64,000 bases of DNA. Origin: Thermoplasmata archaeon. GTDB lineage: Archaea; Thermoplasmatota; Thermoplasmata; Lutacidiplasmatales; UBA184. Both the position numbers and the translations under genes were made by a program. Below are positions 62,872 to 64,000 of the stretch, in pieces. How positions within the stretch are numbered: the stretch's first letter is position 1; the number at the start of each line of letters is the position of its first letter. The stretch is taken from assembly GCA_021798415.1 (NCBI GenBank), contig JAJZGO010000001.1:11982-75981 (forward strand), given 5' to 3'. The notes under the pieces were generated by a model that saw only the letters and a list, made by a program, of their open reading frames with translations, searched no databases and had not been told where the DNA came from.

Positions 62872-64000
62872 CTACGGCGTGTGGCGCGACGGGGTCCGGG
62901 GGAACGGCGTCGTCTCTCGGATGTGTTCGCGTCGCAGCATCCACCGTACGACCCGCTCGACGCCGAGGCCGAAGCCCGCGTGCGGCACGCTCCCGTGCCG
63001 TCGCAGGTCGAGGTACCACTCGTACTCGCGCCGGTCGAGCCCGAGCTCGCCGAGGCGCTCGACCAAGTCGTCGAGGTGCGTTTCGCGGCACGAGCCGCCG
63101 ACCATTTCGCCGTACCCTTCGGGCGCGAGGAGGTCCGCCGCCTCGACGGTGCGAGGGTCGTCGCCCGAGCGGAGCATGTAGAACGCCTTGAGCTCGCGGG
63201 GAAAGTGCGTGACAAAGATCGGCGAGCGCAACTCGATCGTCAGCGCCCGCTCTTCCGCGGTGCCGAGGTCGCTGCCCCACCGGACGGGGAGGCCCTGCGC
63301 GGCGAGCCGGTCGATCGCCTCCGCGTAGCGCAGGCGGGGGAAAGGGGCCGAGAGCGCCGCGAGCTCGGCGGGGGGGCGTCCGAGCAGGGCGAGCTCGGCC
63401 GGCCGGCGCTCGGCGACCGCGTGCGCGGCAAAGACGACCATCCGCTCGATGAAGTCGATCAGCCCCTCGAGGTCGCACCACGCGAGCTCGACCTCGAGGT
63501 GGAGGTACTCGGTGAGGTGCCGAGGGGTCCGCGACTTCTCGGCGCGGAACGACGGGGTGAGGGCGTAGACGCGCTCGTTCGGGAAGAGGAGCGCCTCGAG
63601 GTAGAGCTGCGCCGTCTGCGAGAGGTAGGCCGGCCGGCCGAAGTAGTCGAACTCGAACGCCTCCGCGCCGCCCTCGGCCGCGTTGCCGGAGAGCACGGGC
63701 GGGGTCGTCTCGAGGACGTCCTCGCGGTCGAGGAACTCGCGGAACGCGCGCAGGAGCTCCGCCTTCGCGCGGAACGTGGCGACGTGCTCCTGCGAGCGGA
63801 TCGCGAGGTGGCGCTTGTCGAGCCGGAACTCCTCGGTCTGGTCGGCGAAGATCGGGAACGGCTCGCCGGGCTCGAGGACCGCGAAGCGGGTCGCCCGTAC
63901 CTCGCGGCCGCCCGGCGCCCGCGGGTCGTCGGCGACCGCCCCGTCGACCAGGATCGCTCCCTCCACCTGGACGTGCTCGGCCGCCGTGAACGCCTCCGGC
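62872..64000 (-). CDS. asnS: class IIb aminoacyl-tRNA ligase, most likely asparagine--tRNA ligase; N-terminus outside window
   Basis: FRAEKSRTPRHLTEYLHLEVELAW (motif 2), GSCRE, and HAGFGLGVERVVRWML...FPR (motif 3). The frame stays open to base 64000. The choice of AsnRS over AspRS is by motif resemblance only. Confidence 0.7.
   Translation of the reverse strand, partial: PEAFTAAEHVQVEGAILVDGAVADDPRAPGGREVRATRFAVLEPGEPFPIFADQTEEFRLDKRHLAIRSQEHVATFRAKAELLRAFREFLDREDVLETTPPVLSGNAAEGGAEAFEFDYFGRPAYLSQTAQLYLEALLFPNERVYALTPSFRAEKSRTPRHLTEYLHLEVELAWCDLEGLIDFIERMVVFAAHAVAERRPAELALLGRPPAELAALSAPFPRLRYAEAIDRLAAQGLPVRWGSDLGTAEERALTIELRSPIFVTHFPRELKAFYMLRSGDDPRTVEAADLLAPEGYGEMVGGSCRETHLDDLVERLGELGLDRREYEWYLDLRRHGSVPHAGFGLGVERVVRWMLRREHIRETTPFPRTPSRHTP

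Overview
GC-rich (roughly two-thirds G+C by eye) archaeal chromosomal segment. Archaeal origin is supported by the conserved cluster Rpo7(RpoE')-Spt4-GTP-dependent dephospho-CoA kinase (DUF359)-S24e-S27ae at 38.1-40.1 kb, Alba, type II GAPDH, archaeal-type ProRS, DUF373 and Trm5. I see about 60 credible protein genes and one stand-alone 23S rRNA gene, with no 16S or 5S anywhere in the window. That pattern is known from Thermoplasmatales-like lineages but does not prove the lineage. There are four tRNA genes: Met/Ile2-CAU, Asn-GUU, Arg-CCG and Leu-GAG. The Asn gene carries a 32-nt insertion inside the T-loop. There is one IS630-family insertion sequence with an A8 -1 frameshift site and TA-flanked inverted repeats. 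About 11.8-27.2 kb looks compositionally different, with lower G+C and more A/T-ending codons. It holds accessory genes (M14 and M29 peptidases, PLP dehydratase, a bacterial-type adenylate cyclase-TPR protein, an alkyltransferase-like protein, a zinc-ribbon LOR/scramblase-like protein), long non-coding gaps, a 101-bp repeat pair, the tRNA pair and the IS. The rest is mostly housekeeping: Fe-S assembly, a heme terminal-step cluster, MFS/MarR, gdhA, thiL, proS, aspA, ubiE. I found no CRISPR array, cas operon, prophage or any known defence system. The best candidates for something new are all hypotheses from domain content and gene order. They are (i) the T-loop tRNA intron, (ii) a co-directional trio of Ntn-amidotransferase-like, nucleotidyltransferase and Cas4-like nuclease genes next to the 23S gene, (iii) the ferrochelatase / CopD-HemJ-like / radical-SAM-SPASM cluster, and (iv) a tandem STAND-ATPase-TPR pair. 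Many long ORFs in the six-frame track are Arg/Pro/Gly-rich shadow ORFs of real genes. Several start codons (GTG/TTG) are uncertain, and all functional calls rest on motifs I recognised by eye rather than on searches.
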